In this document: positions 10,047 to 19,581 of the stretch, piece after piece
Layout: every line of letters begins with the position of its first letter
Position numbering within the stretch: the stretch's first letter is position 1
From: Myxococcota bacterium
Lineage (GTDB): Bacteria > Myxococcota_A > UBA9160 > PR03
Reading direction: 5' to 3'
DNA: 64,000 nt
Assembly: GCA_041611735.1 (NCBI GenBank)
Contig: JBFIML010000014.1
Coordinates: forward strand, 1 to 64,000
The notes under the pieces: generated by a model
Told to the model about the DNA's origin: nothing
Database searches by the model: none
What the model saw: the letters and a program-made list of their open reading frames with translations, nothing else
Position numbers and translations under genes: made by a program

Positions 10047-11299
10047 GCGCCGTCGCCGAGGCCGGCGCGCGCCAGCAGACGCCGCATCTCGCCGGCGGCG
10101 GCGGCCAGCGCGGCGGCGGGCTCCTCCTGGCCGCTGAGTGCCCGGTGCAGGTGCACCTGCAAGGCCTCCGAGAGCTCGGTGTAGAGCGGGGTCGCGGGTC
10201 GCGGAACCGCGCGCTCGAGCAGCTCCCGGGCCCGCGCCGCGGATATGCCCAGCGCTCCCTGCAGGGCCGCGTCGGTGTAGAGGGAGCGCCGCGGCGGGTG
10301 CTGACCGAGCACTCGCGCCCGCTCGAGCATCTGCTCGGGCCGGGTCAGGAACTCGACCAGGCGCTGCGCCGCCTCCGGCACGTCGCTCGCCGCGTTCACC
10401 GCGAGCAACTGGCCGCCCAGGGCGCCCGCGGCCCGGCCCGCCTCTCCCGCCGGCATGGGCGCCACGCCGACGCGGCCCGCCACCGCCGACCGCTCGGGAT
10501 CCTGGAGCAGCGCCCACGCGTAGGGCCAGTTGCGCATGAAGAGCGCGCGTCCGTTCTGGAAGGCGAAGCGCGTCTGCTCCTCCTGCCAGCCGAGGGCGTC
10601 GGCGGGCACGATTCCCGAGCCGCGGATGGCGTCGCGCAGGGTGGCGAGAGCGCGCACGGCCGGGGGCCGGTCCACCACCACGCGCCCGGAATCGTCCAGG
10701 ATGCCACCCCCGAAGCCGGTCAGGAACTCCAGGAAGACGGTGACGAGCCCCTCGTAGCGGGCGGCCGGCAGGACCAGCCCCCAGGTGACGTCGCCGCGCA
10801 CCCGTGCGGCACGCGCCGCGCGCTCGAGCTCTGCGAAGTCCCGGGGCGGCGCCTCCAGCAGGTCCGTGCGCCAGTAGAGCATGCCCACGTCCACGAACCA
10901 CGGCATGGCATAGAGGTGATTGCGCCAACGGGCCGCGGCCAGGGGGGCCGCGAAGAAGTCGGCCAGGTCCGGAGCCGGCGCCTCCAGGCGACGGATCCAG
11001 GCGGCGGCCGCGAACTCCGCGGTCCAGATCACGTCGAGCTGCAGCACGTCCGGATCCGGGGCCCGGGCGTTCAGCCACTGGACGTAGAGCTGGTGGCGCT
11101 GATCCGCTGCATCCGGGGTACGGCGCAGCTCGACCCGGATCTCCGGGTACACCGCCGTGAAGCGCTCCACCTGCCGTTGCAGCAACTCCCCTTCGGCCCC
11201 GAGCGCGCTGCCGGGGAAGGTCACCACTGTCCCGGTCGAGGGTGCGCCGCACGCCAGCAGCGCCAGCAGGAGCAGGGGCCGCAGCCCACGCGCCGCCAG
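10043..11299 (-). CDS. Sugar ABC substrate-binding lipoprotein (trehalose/maltose, LpqY-like); start uncertain, CTG proposed
   Basis: Lipobox LLAC, DVLQLDVIWTAEFA, FMRNWPYAW, RPATPLY; no in-frame ATG/GTG/TTG between tRNA-Cys and the lipobox. Confidence 0.85.
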   Translation of the reverse strand: MAARGLRPLLLLALLACGAPSTGTVVTFPGSALGAEGELLQRQVERFTAVYPEIRVELRRTPDAADQRHQLYVQWLNARAPDPDVLQLDVIWTAEFAAAAWIRRLEAPAPDLADFFAAPLAAARWRNHLYAMPWFVDVGMLYWRTDLLEAPPRDFAELERAARAARVRGDVTWGLVLPAARYEGLVTVFLEFLTGFGGGILDDSGRVVVDRPPAVRALATLRDAIRGSGIVPADALGWQEEQTRFAFQNGRALFMRNWPYAWALLQDPERSAVAGRVGVAPMPAGEAGRAAGALGGQLLAVNAASDVPEAAQRLVEFLTRPEQMLERARVLGQHPPRRSLYTDAALQGALGISAARARELLERAVPRPATPLYTELSEALQVHLHRALSGQEEPAAALAAAAGEMRRLLARAGLGDGA

Positions 11300-11303
11300 G
11301 GGG

Positions 11304-11375
11304 AGGCCCGGGCCGGAATCGAACCGGCATAAACGGATTTGCAGTCCGCTGGCTAAGCCATTCACCCACCGGGCC
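11304..11375 (-). tRNA. tRNA-Cys(GCA)
   Basis: Reverse complement GGCCCGG...CTGCAAA...GGTTCGATTCC...CCGGGCCT; U discriminator. Confidence 0.9.
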
Positions 11376-11439
11376 CCGCAGAAGCAACGAGTACCGCGCA
11401 CCCGACGCGACGTCAATCGAGCGGTGCTACGGTCGCGCC

Positions 11440-11814
11440 GTGCGATGGGGATGGCTGCTGCTCGGAGGCGGCATCGGAACGGTGCTGCGCTTCGCCCTGG
11501 CCGGCTGGGTGCAGAGCCGCGCCGGCGCCGCGTTTCCATGGGGCACGCTGGCCGTCAACCTGGTCGGGTGCTTCGCCATCGGCCTGCTGGTGCCGCTGCT
11601 GCAGGAGCGCTCCGTGATCGGCCCTTCCGGGCGCCTCTTCCTGCTGGTGGGCGTCCTCGGCGGGTTCACCACCTTCTCGACCTTCGGGCTCGAGACCTGG
11701 CATTTGATCGAAGCCTCGGAGTGGCGCTTCGTGATCGGCAACGCCCTGGGTAGCGTACTGGGCGGTCTCGCCGCGGTAGCTGCGGGCCTCGTGCTCGGGA
11801 GGATGCTCGCTTGA
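11440..11814 (+). CDS. crcB: Fluoride efflux channel Fluc/CrcB
   Basis: GGGIGTVLRF, FPWGTLAVNLVG and GVLGGFTTFSTF motifs. Confidence 0.95.
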   Translation: MRWGWLLLGGGIGTVLRFALAGWVQSRAGAAFPWGTLAVNLVGCFAIGLLVPLLQERSVIGPSGRLFLLVGVLGGFTTFSTFGLETWHLIEASEWRFVIGNALGSVLGGLAAVAAGLVLGRMLA

Positions 11815-12173
11815 CGGTACCGCGCGACGGAAAGCTGCTGCGCATCTTCATCGGAGAGAGCGACCGCCACGAAGGGCGCCCCTGCTTCGAGGCCATCGTG
11901 GAGCGGGCGCGCCGCGCGGGCCTGGCCGGCGCCACGGTGCTGCGCGGCATCCAAGGCTTCGGGGGCTCGAGCCGCATCCACACCGCACGCATCCTTCGCC
12001 TGTCCGACGACCTGCCGATCGTGGTGGAGATCGTGGACGCGGCGGACAAGATCGACGCCTTCCTGCCCGAGCTCGATCCGCTGGTGCACGGGGGCCTCGT
12101 CACCGTGGAGCGCGTCGAGGTCCGGGTCTACCGCTCCAAGCCCCAGGCGGCCGGCTCCAGCGAGGGGGGCTAG
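11811..12173 (+). CDS. DUF190 (PII-like) protein
   Basis: LLRIFIGESD, GATVLRGIQGFG, LSDDLPIVVEIVD; usual crcB neighbour. Confidence 0.9.
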   Translation: MTVPRDGKLLRIFIGESDRHEGRPCFEAIVERARRAGLAGATVLRGIQGFGGSSRIHTARILRLSDDLPIVVEIVDAADKIDAFLPELDPLVHGGLVTVERVEVRVYRSKPQAAGSSEGG

Positions 12174-12637
12174 AGGTCCAGCCGGACCCGGCGGCCGGCC
12201 AGCCGCAGGGCGGGCCCCTCCGCCGTCTCCTCCACCGCCTGCAGCAGCTCGGCCTGGGCCGTGCGGGTGAAGCGCGCCGGCAAGCCTTGGGCCACGAGGT
12301 CGTGTTTCACGCTGCACAGCAACGCCCCGTCGTACGGGGACGTGCGCAGGGAGGCCGGTTCGAGCCGCTCTTCGCTGCGGTCCGAGAGGCGGATCGTGCC
12401 CCGCTCGGGATCGAAGTCGCGCACGAAGAAGCCCGCCTCCTCCACCTCCACCTGCCCCCGGAAGCGGCCCACCTGGACCACGTAGCGTCCCTCCTCGGGC
12501 AGGTAGCGCACCGAGCGGTCGAAGAGCGCGCGCAGGCGCGCGTTGCGCAGCGGGATGCCCTCGTGGGTGAAGTGACCGTCGCGGTGGAGGACCAGTCCGA
12601 GGGGACGCAGCGGCGGCGGCCCGGCCGGCGCGCTCAA
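12170..12637 (-). CDS. Hypothetical protein, DUF1285-like
   Basis: LHRDGHFTHEGIP...LFDRS...VEVEEAGFFV...ARFTR pattern; TTG start overlaps the upstream stop. Confidence 0.6.
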   Translation of the reverse strand: MSAPAGPPPLRPLGLVLHRDGHFTHEGIPLRNARLRALFDRSVRYLPEEGRYVVQVGRFRGQVEVEEAGFFVRDFDPERGTIRLSDRSEERLEPASLRTSPYDGALLCSVKHDLVAQGLPARFTRTAQAELLQAVEETAEGPALRLAGRRVRLDL

Positions 12638-12903
12638 GCCTGCCGCAGGGCTTCGGACTCCGCCGACCCGTCGGGCCGGACGCGGAACACGCCCACGAAG
12701 TCGTAGCGGTTCCACAACACGACGCGCTCGATCTCCTGACTGCCCGGGCGTCGGTAGATCCACTTCTCGTTCCAGCGCACGCCGTACTCCTCGCGGACTC
12801 GCGGGTCATTGACGCTCCCGACCTGGTCCGTGGGCGCTCCCAGCTGCCCCCAGAGCTGCTGGCGCGAAGGCGGTGCCGGAGCCGAGGGCGCCTCAGCGGT
12901 CAC
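12634..12903 (-). CDS. Small hypothetical protein
   Basis: 89 aa, overlaps the nuoD end; LGAP...EKWIY pattern. Confidence 0.65.
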   Translation of the reverse strand: MTAEAPSAPAPPSRQQLWGQLGAPTDQVGSVNDPRVREEYGVRWNEKWIYRRPGSQEIERVVLWNRYDFVGVFRVRPDGSAESEALRQA

Positions 12904-14140
12904 ACTCGCCCCCGATCATGTTGATGAGGTCGAAGGTCGGAATGATGTCGGCCAGCAGCGATCCGCGCACCATGAGCGGCAGGGGCTGGACGTTGATGAA
13001 GCTCGGCGGGCGGCAACGCACCTTCCAGGGCACCGCGGTCCCGTCGGAGACCAGGTAGAAACCGAGCTCCCCGTTGGCGGACTCGACGGCGAAGTAGGCC
13101 TCGCCCGCGGGCACCTCGGGCCCCTCGGTCACCACCTTGAACTGCTGGATCAGCTCCTCCATGCGGTTGAACACGTGATTCTTGGCGGGCCAACGCACGC
13201 GCGGGTCGTCCACGTTGACGGGACCCGGGCCCAGCGCCTCGAGCCGGGCCACGCACTGGTCGGCGATGCGGAGGCTCTGGTGCATCTCCTCCACGCACAC
13301 CAGGTAGCGGTCGTAGTTGTCGCCCACCTCGCCGATCGGAACGTCGAAGTCGACCTGATCGTACACGAGGTAGGGCTGGTCCTTGCGCAGGTCGAGCGGG
13401 ACGCCGGCGGCGCGCAGCAGGGGCCCCGTCAACGCGAAACGCAGGCAGTCCTCCCGGGAGATCGTGCCGGTTCCCTTCAGGCGGTCCACGAAGATGCGGT
13501 TGCTGGTCACCACGTCGTCGAAGTCGCGCAGCAGCTGGCGGATGCGCCCCACGTGTTCCCGGAACGCCGCCGGGAAGCCGGGCGGCATGTCGTGCTTGGT
13601 GCCCCCGATCCGTACGTAGTTGGACGTGACGCGCGCCCCGCACAGGATCTCCTGGAGATCCCAGCACAGCTCGCGGGCCTCGATGCCGTACAGGAACGGG
13701 GTCATGGCCTGGAGCTCCAGGCAGGCCGCGCCGCAGCGGGTGAGGTGGTCGCCGAGGCGCGAGAGCTCCGCCGCCAGCACCCGCAGCCACTGGCAGCGCT
13801 CCGGGGTCTGGATCCCGATCAGCTTCTCCACGGCCATGCAGTAGGCGAGGTTGCACAGGATGGCGGAGTTGTAGTTGAGGCGATCCGTGTAGGGAATCGC
13901 CTGGTACCAGGTTCCGCTCTCGCACTCCTTCTCGAAGGCGCGGTGCAGGTAGCCGACTTGGACGTCCAGGTTGACGATCGTCTCCCCGTCCAGCTCGATC
14001 AAGAACTTCACCGTCCCGTGCGTGGCAGGGTGGGACGGCCCCATGTTCAGGATCTGGTGCTCGGCGTGCAGATCCCGGCGCAGGTCCTGCTCGGGGCCCT
14101 CGGGCCGCCGCTCCATCAATGAATGGGGCTCCGGCGCCAT
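12893..14140 (-). CDS. nuoD: NADH-quinone oxidoreductase subunit D
   Basis: LNMGPSHPATHG, GYLHRAFEK, DRLNY, GELGFY, RPPSF; C-terminal GECDR. Confidence 0.95.
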   Translation of the reverse strand: MAPEPHSLMERRPEGPEQDLRRDLHAEHQILNMGPSHPATHGTVKFLIELDGETIVNLDVQVGYLHRAFEKECESGTWYQAIPYTDRLNYNSAILCNLAYCMAVEKLIGIQTPERCQWLRVLAAELSRLGDHLTRCGAACLELQAMTPFLYGIEARELCWDLQEILCGARVTSNYVRIGGTKHDMPPGFPAAFREHVGRIRQLLRDFDDVVTSNRIFVDRLKGTGTISREDCLRFALTGPLLRAAGVPLDLRKDQPYLVYDQVDFDVPIGEVGDNYDRYLVCVEEMHQSLRIADQCVARLEALGPGPVNVDDPRVRWPAKNHVFNRMEELIQQFKVVTEGPEVPAGEAYFAVESANGELGFYLVSDGTAVPWKVRCRPPSFINVQPLPLMVRGSLLADIIPTFDLINMIGGECDR

Positions 14141-14145
14141 GACGG

Positions 14146-14634
14146 TCAGTTCCTCGGCCCCAGCAGCGGCTGCCGCTTCTCCTTCGGGTAGTCCTTGCGC
14201 AAGGGGTGGCCCTGAAACTCCTCGTAGAGCAGGATGCGGCGGAGGTCCGGATGCCCGCGGAAGCGGATCCCGTACAGGTCCCACACCTCGCGCTCCATCC
14301 AGTTGGCGGCGGCCCAGACGTCCACGACGGAGGCGATCTCGCCCGGCTCCTCGGGGACCCGCGCCTTCACGCGCAGCCGCTGATTTCCGCTCAACGAGTA
14401 GAGGTGGTAGACCACCTCGAAACGGGGCTCCTGGCCCAGGTAGTCCACGGCGGTGAGATCCATCAGCATCTCGAAGCGGAGCTCCGGCCCGTCGCGCAGG
14501 AAGCGCATCACGTCGACCAGCCGCTCCGGGGCCACCCGAGCCGTGGCGTCGCCGCGGTGGGCGTGCGTCTCTTCCACGGCGTCCTGGTGGGCGTCGAGCA
14601 GGCGGCGCAGGGCCGGGGACCCGAAGTCGTCCAT
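14146..14634 (-). CDS. nuoC: NADH-quinone oxidoreductase subunit C
   Basis: DLTAVDY, RFEVVYHL, EREVWDLYGIRFRGHPDLRRIL and GHPLRKDYP motifs. Confidence 0.95.
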   Translation of the reverse strand: MDDFGSPALRRLLDAHQDAVEETHAHRGDATARVAPERLVDVMRFLRDGPELRFEMLMDLTAVDYLGQEPRFEVVYHLYSLSGNQRLRVKARVPEEPGEIASVVDVWAAANWMEREVWDLYGIRFRGHPDLRRILLYEEFQGHPLRKDYPKEKRQPLLGPRN

Positions 14635-15209
14635 CAGGGAGCCTGCCCGTCCACGGGCGCGTGCTCGCGATCGTACTCGGCGCGCAGGAACTCGAGCCGC
14701 CGCTTGAGGAGGTTGTCCGGCACCAGCAGCTGCTCCTTGCGGAACATCATGGAGGCGCGGTCGTAGGTCGAGATCTCCACCTCGCGGCTCATCACGATCG
14801 CCTCCTCCGGGCAGGCCTCCTCGCAGAGTCCACAGAACATGCAGCGCGACATGTCGATGTCGAAGACTTCGGGGTAGCGCTCGATGCCATGCCCGGGAAG
14901 CTCGCCCGGAACGATGGAGATGCAGTCGGTCGGACACGCGAACTCGCACAGCCCGCACGCCACGCACTTGGGCTGGCCGTTGTCGAGCTGCACCAGGACC
15001 GGCATGCCCCGAAAGGCATCCGGATAGTCGACGCGCTCCTCCGGATACTGGACCACGAAGGCGGTGCTGCGGCCGCGGATGAAGCCCCAGAGATTGCGGA
15101 AGAAGTGCCGGCTCGTGACGGCGAGCCCCTTCACGATCATCGGCACGTAGGTGCGCTCCAGCCAGCCGAGCTTGTCGCGGCGCCGGACCGTGACCACGCG
15201 GACCGCCAT
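14634..15209 (-). CDS. nuoI: NADH-quinone oxidoreductase subunit I (two 4Fe-4S clusters)
   Basis: QYPEE, CVACGLCEFACP and CMFCGLCEEACP motifs. Confidence 0.93.
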   Translation of the reverse strand: MAVRVVTVRRRDKLGWLERTYVPMIVKGLAVTSRHFFRNLWGFIRGRSTAFVVQYPEERVDYPDAFRGMPVLVQLDNGQPKCVACGLCEFACPTDCISIVPGELPGHGIERYPEVFDIDMSRCMFCGLCEEACPEEAIVMSREVEISTYDRASMMFRKEQLLVPDNLLKRRLEFLRAEYDREHAPVDGQAP

Positions 15210-15238
15210 GGTTGCGGAGCGTAGCGGACGGGTTCGGC

Positions 15239-16138
15239 TCAGGCGAGCCGACCGGCGAGCGTCTCCGCGTGGTAGGAGCTGCGCACCAGCGGTCCGGCGG
15301 CCACGTCCGCGAAGCCGAGGGCGCGGGCGCGCTCCGCCCAGTCGTCGAACTCGGCGGGCGGCACCCAGCGCTTCACGGGCAGGTGGGCCGCGGAGGGGCG
15401 CACGTACTGACCCAGCGTGAGGAGCGAGACGCCGGCTCCGCGCAGGTCGCCCAGCGCGGCCTCCATCTCCGCCTGCGTCTCGCCGAGGCCGAGCATGATG
15501 CCGCTCTTGGTGGGGATGTCCGGACGCAGCTCTCCGGCCCGGCGCAGCACGGCGAGCGAGCGGGCATAGGCTGCCGCCGGCCGCACCTGGCGCTGGAGCC
15601 GTTCGACGGTCTCCAGGTTGTGGTTCAGGACGTCCGGGGCCGCCTCGAGCACGCGGCGGAGTGCCGTCTCGTCGCCCTTGTAGTCGGCGATCAGCACCTC
15701 CACGCCGGTCTCCGGGCAGCGTCGCCGGATGGCGCGCACGGTGGCCGCCATCTGCCCGGCGCCCCCGTCCGGGAGGTCGTCCCGGGCCACGCAGGTGATG
15801 ACCGCGAAGCGCAGCCCCAGGCGCCGCACCGCCTCCGCCACCCGTGCGGGCTCGAAGGGGTCGAGGGCCTCGGGACGCCCGGTGGTCACGTCGCAGAAGC
15901 CGCAGCGGCGCGTGCAGCGATTGCCCCCGATCATGAAGGTGGCCGTGCCGCGCGCCCAGCACTCGCCGAGATTCGGGCAGGCCGCCGAGTAGCACACGGT
16001 GTGGAGCTTCTGCTCCTCCAGCGTGCGTCGTACGGCCTCGAACTCCGGCGTGGTGCGCAGGCGCACCCGCAGCCAGTCCGGCCGCGAGCCGCGCTGGCCC
16101 GGCCGGCCCCGCGCCCGCGCGCGTCGTTCCGGCGTCAT
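15239..16138 (-). CDS. lipA: Lipoyl synthase
   Basis: LHTVCYSAACPNLGECW, CTRRCGFC, NHNLETV and VRSSYHA motifs. Confidence 0.96.
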   Translation of the reverse strand: MTPERRARARGRPGQRGSRPDWLRVRLRTTPEFEAVRRTLEEQKLHTVCYSAACPNLGECWARGTATFMIGGNRCTRRCGFCDVTTGRPEALDPFEPARVAEAVRRLGLRFAVITCVARDDLPDGGAGQMAATVRAIRRRCPETGVEVLIADYKGDETALRRVLEAAPDVLNHNLETVERLQRQVRPAAAYARSLAVLRRAGELRPDIPTKSGIMLGLGETQAEMEAALGDLRGAGVSLLTLGQYVRPSAAHLPVKRWVPPAEFDDWAERARALGFADVAAGPLVRSSYHAETLAGRLA

Positions 16139-16857
16139 GCGCTCCCTCCGCCGCTGCCGAGGCGGTCCCGGAATGCCTGGGCCACCGCCTCCCGGGCCCG
16201 GAGATCCAGATCCGCGGGCGCCGCCAACCCGAGCTCGCGCGCCAGCGAGGTCATCGACACCTCGTGCAGCCCGCAGGGCACGATCACGTCGAAGGCCCGC
16301 GGGTCCAGGGTCACGTTCAGGGCGAAGCCGTGACAGGTCACCCAGCCCCGCACGCCCACACCGATGCTGGCGATCTTGCGGGGGCGCTCGCCGCGCCGGC
16401 CTGCCCCGGCCACGAAGACCCCCGTGTAGCCCGGTCGCACTTCGGCCCGCACCCCCAGCCCGCCGAGCGCCGCGACGAGGGCCGCTTCGATCTCGCGCAG
16501 GAACGCCACCACGTCGGGCTTGCCGCGGGCCGCCAGGTCGACGATCGGATAGCCCACCAGCTGGCCCGGCGCGTGGTAGGTGACGTCGCCGCCCCGCGCC
16601 ACCTCGTGCACCCCGATTCCGCGCGCCGCCAGCTCGGCGGGGCCGAGCCGGATGTTCTCGCGCCGCCCCCGGCGCCCCAGGGTGACCACGGGTGGATGTT
16701 CGAGGAGCAGCAGCACGTCCCCCGCGGCGCCGGCGCGGCGCGCCTCCAGGCGCTTGGCCTGGACCTCCAGCGCCTCGGCATACGGCAGCGTGCCGAGCCA
16801 TTCGACGGCCAGATCCTTCGGCGCCAGTCCGCGCTCCCTGCGGGCTCGAATCCTCAC
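16135..16857 (-). CDS. lipB: Octanoyltransferase
   Basis: LLEHPPVVTLG, RGGDVTYHAPGQLVGYPI, KIASIG, HGFALN and IVPCGL motifs. Confidence 0.95.
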   Translation of the reverse strand: MRIRARRERGLAPKDLAVEWLGTLPYAEALEVQAKRLEARRAGAAGDVLLLLEHPPVVTLGRRGRRENIRLGPAELAARGIGVHEVARGGDVTYHAPGQLVGYPIVDLAARGKPDVVAFLREIEAALVAALGGLGVRAEVRPGYTGVFVAGAGRRGERPRKIASIGVGVRGWVTCHGFALNVTLDPRAFDVIVPCGLHEVSMTSLARELGLAAPADLDLRAREAVAQAFRDRLGSGGGSA

Positions 16858-18137
16858 AGGTCGAACTCCGCCTCCTCGAGCAGCTCCCGCACCCGGAACA
16901 GGAAGGCGTTCGCCGGGGCTCCGTCCACGGCGCGGTGGTCGTAGGAGAGCGCCAGGTGCATCATGGGCCGGACCACGATGGCGTCCTCCCCCTCCACCGT
17001 CCGCACCACGGGCCGCTTCACCATCTCTCCCATGCGCAGGATCCCCACCTGCGGCTGGTTGATGATCGCGAAGCCGTACAGGTTGCCCTGCCGCCCGGGA
17101 TTGGAGACCGTGAAGGTCCCCCCCTTCAGCTCGTCGAGCGAAAGCTGCTTGCTGCGCGCGCGGTTCGAGAGGTCTTCGATGGTCTCCGACAGGCCGGTGA
17201 GCGAGAGCCGGTCCGCGTGGCGCACGACCGGCACCACCAGGCCCTTCTCCGTCTCCACGGCGATGCCGATGTGGACGTCCTTCTTCTCTACGATGGAGTC
17301 CTCCACCACCGAGGCGTTGAGGCGCGGAAACTCGCGCAGGGCGCGCACGGTGGCGTGCACCACGAAGGGCAGATACGTCAGGTTGAACCCGTGCTGCTCG
17401 CGGAAGGCACGCTTGTGGACCTCGCGGACGCGCACGATCCCGCCCATGTCGATCTCCGCCACGGTGCCCACGTGCGGGCTCACCTGCTTCGAGAGCACCA
17501 TGTGCTGCGCCACGAGCTTGCGCAGGGGCGACATGGGGATCACGCGGTCCCCGGTCTGGAGCTGGTAGGTGAGATAGGCGGGCCGGCCGGGGGCCGTGGC
17601 CGCCGGACGCGTCTGTGCGGGCGGCGGCGCCTCGCCGCGGGCCGCGTGGCGCCGCACGTCTCCCTTGGTGACCCGTCCGCCTGCGCCGGTGCCTTCCACG
17701 TCGTGCAAGTCCACGCCGGTCTCGGCCGCGGCGAGGCGTGCCACGGGCGTGGCGCGCACGTCCGAAGCGGCCGCGGCGGGCTCCGCCGCCGGGACTTCGC
17801 TCGCCTGCGGCGCGCGGCGCGCGCCGGCGCCTGCGGCGCCGGCCTCCCCGGTGACTTCGCTCGCCTGCGGCGCGCGGCGCGCGCCGGCGCCTGCGGCGCC
17901 GGCGCTTGCGATCCGGACCAGCTCGGTGCCCACCTCCACGGTCTCGCCCTCCGGGACGAGGATCTTCTCGATCACCCCCGCCTCGGGGGCCGGGATCTCG
18001 GTGTCCACCTTTTCGGTGGTGATCTCCACCAGCGGCTGGTCGCGCTCGATCCGGTCACCCTCCTTCACGAGCCAGCGGGCCACCGTTCCCTCCACCACGC
18101 TCTCGCCGAGCGCCGGCAGCTTCACCGAAAGCGACAT
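16854..18137 (-). CDS. 2-oxoacid dehydrogenase E2 (dihydrolipoamide acyltransferase)
   Basis: Single lipoyl domain EITTEKVDTE, E3-binding segment ATPVAR...GTGAGGRVTK, catalytic YDHRAVDG. Confidence 0.93.
   Translation of the reverse strand: MSLSVKLPALGESVVEGTVARWLVKEGDRIERDQPLVEITTEKVDTEIPAPEAGVIEKILVPEGETVEVGTELVRIASAGAAGAGARRAPQASEVTGEAGAAGAGARRAPQASEVPAAEPAAAASDVRATPVARLAAAETGVDLHDVEGTGAGGRVTKGDVRRHAARGEAPPPAQTRPAATAPGRPAYLTYQLQTGDRVIPMSPLRKLVAQHMVLSKQVSPHVGTVAEIDMGGIVRVREVHKRAFREQHGFNLTYLPFVVHATVRALREFPRLNASVVEDSIVEKKDVHIGIAVETEKGLVVPVVRHADRLSLTGLSETIEDLSNRARSKQLSLDELKGGTFTVSNPGRQGNLYGFAIINQPQVGILRMGEMVKRPVVRTVEGEDAIVVRPMMHLALSYDHRAVDGAPANAFLFRVRELLEEAEFDL
17793..17903. repeat. Exact 51-nt direct repeat with 60-nt period in the E2 linker
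   Basis: 17793-17843 is identical to 17853-17903; encodes AGAAGAGARRAPQASEV twice. Confidence 0.9.
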
Positions 18138-18153
18138 CCGCAGAACCCCCGTC

Positions 18154-19581
18154 TCAGAAGTTGATGCCGCGACCTTCCGCGGCCAGCGCCGCCTCCAGGA
18201 TCGCCTCCGAGAGCGTCGGATGGGCATGGCTGGTGGCGGCGATCTCGCCCGTGGTGGCCTCGAGCGTCATGGCGAGCGAGAGCTCCGCCACCAGCTCGGT
18301 GGCGCCGAAGCCCACCACGTGCGCTCCGACGATCTCGCCGTGACGGGGCTCCGCCACGATCTTGGCAAAACCGGCCGTGTGGCCGGCGGCCACGCCCTTG
18401 CCCGAAGCCGTGAAGGGGAAGCGGCCCACCTTGACCTCGCCGAACTCCTCGCGCGCCTCTTCCTCGGTGCGGCCGATCCAGGCCACCTGGGGCTGGCAGT
18501 AGATGCAGGCCGGGATCTTGCGATGGTCGAGGGCGGGTCGTTGCGTCCCCACCAGCCATTCCACCGCCGCGATGCCCTCTTCGCTGGCCTTGTGGGCCAG
18601 CAGCGGCGCGCCGATCAGGTCGCCGATGGCCGAGATCGAGGGCACGCTCGTGCGCAGACGCGCGTCGGTGCGGACGAAGCCCTTGCGGTCCACCTCGACC
18701 CCCGCCTCCTCGAGTCCGAGCTCCGCCGAGAGGGGACGCCGTCCGATGGCGAGCAGCACCTGGTCCGCCTCGAGCTCCGCGTCGCCGTCGGCGGACCGCA
18801 CCGCCACGCGCACCCCGCCGTCCACCACCTTGAGCTCCTCGAAGCGCGTACCACGGCGCACCTCGATCTTCTTGCGCCGGTACTCGCGCTGGAGCGCTTC
18901 GGCCACGTCGGCATCCGCGCCGGGGAGCACCTGGTCGGCCATCTCGACCACGGTCACCTGGGAGCCGTACATGGCGTACACGTAGGCGAACTCGCAGCCC
19001 ACGGCGCCGGCCCCCACCACCACCAGGCGCTCGGGCACCACTCGCGATTCCAGCGCCTCGCGCGAGGTCAGCACCCGCTGGCCGTCCACGTGCACCCCCG
19101 GCGGGACCCACTCGGCGGAGCCCGTGGCGAGCAGCACGTGGGAAGCCTCGAGGGTGGCAGGCTCTGCCCCTTCCACGGCCACCGCGTGGGGCCCGGCCAG
19201 CCGTCCCCGGCCCGGCACGAGGGTGATGCGGTTCTTCTTCAACAGGGACTCGACGCCCTTGCAGAGTCGATCCGAGGCGCGCCGGCTGGTGTCGATAGCC
19301 TTGCCGTAGTCGAGGGTGAGGCCGCTGGTTCCGATGCCGAAGGCGGCGGCCTGGCCCCGTAGGGCCTCCACCAGCTCCGCACCGGTGAGGAGCGATTTCG
19401 AGGGGATGCAGCCCCAGTTGAGGCAGACGCCGCCGGGCCGCTCCTGCTCCACCACCGCCACGCGCAGGCCCAGCTGCGCGCCGCGGATGGCCGCCACGTA
19501 GCCTCCGGGCCCGGCGCCCACCACGACGAGATCGAAACGCTGCGCAGCGCTCAGCGGGCCCCCTCCCCCACCGCCTCGCAT
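18154..19581 (-). CDS. lpdA: Dihydrolipoyl dehydrogenase (E3); true start may be the CTG at 19554
   Basis: GAGPGGY, GGVCLNWGCIPSK, LLAHKA and HAHPTLSE motifs. Confidence 0.95.
   Translation of the reverse strand: MRGGGGGGPLSAAQRFDLVVVGAGPGGYVAAIRGAQLGLRVAVVEQERPGGVCLNWGCIPSKSLLTGAELVEALRGQAAAFGIGTSGLTLDYGKAIDTSRRASDRLCKGVESLLKKNRITLVPGRGRLAGPHAVAVEGAEPATLEASHVLLATGSAEWVPPGVHVDGQRVLTSREALESRVVPERLVVVGAGAVGCEFAYVYAMYGSQVTVVEMADQVLPGADADVAEALQREYRRKKIEVRRGTRFEELKVVDGGVRVAVRSADGDAELEADQVLLAIGRRPLSAELGLEEAGVEVDRKGFVRTDARLRTSVPSISAIGDLIGAPLLAHKASEEGIAAVEWLVGTQRPALDHRKIPACIYCQPQVAWIGRTEEEAREEFGEVKVGRFPFTASGKGVAAGHTAGFAKIVAEPRHGEIVGAHVVGFGATELVAELSLAMTLEATTGEIAATSHAHPTLSEAILEAALAAEGRGINF

Noticed and set aside
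11376-11439. Fluoride riboswitch upstream of crcB
   Set aside because: The gap is short and shows no recognisable crcB-motif consensus; it more likely holds divergent promoters.
12893-14140. Group 4 [NiFe]-hydrogenase large subunit
   Set aside because: It lacks the paired CxxC Ni-binding motifs and has the NuoD quinone-site motifs; the lone Cys in GECDR is not enough.
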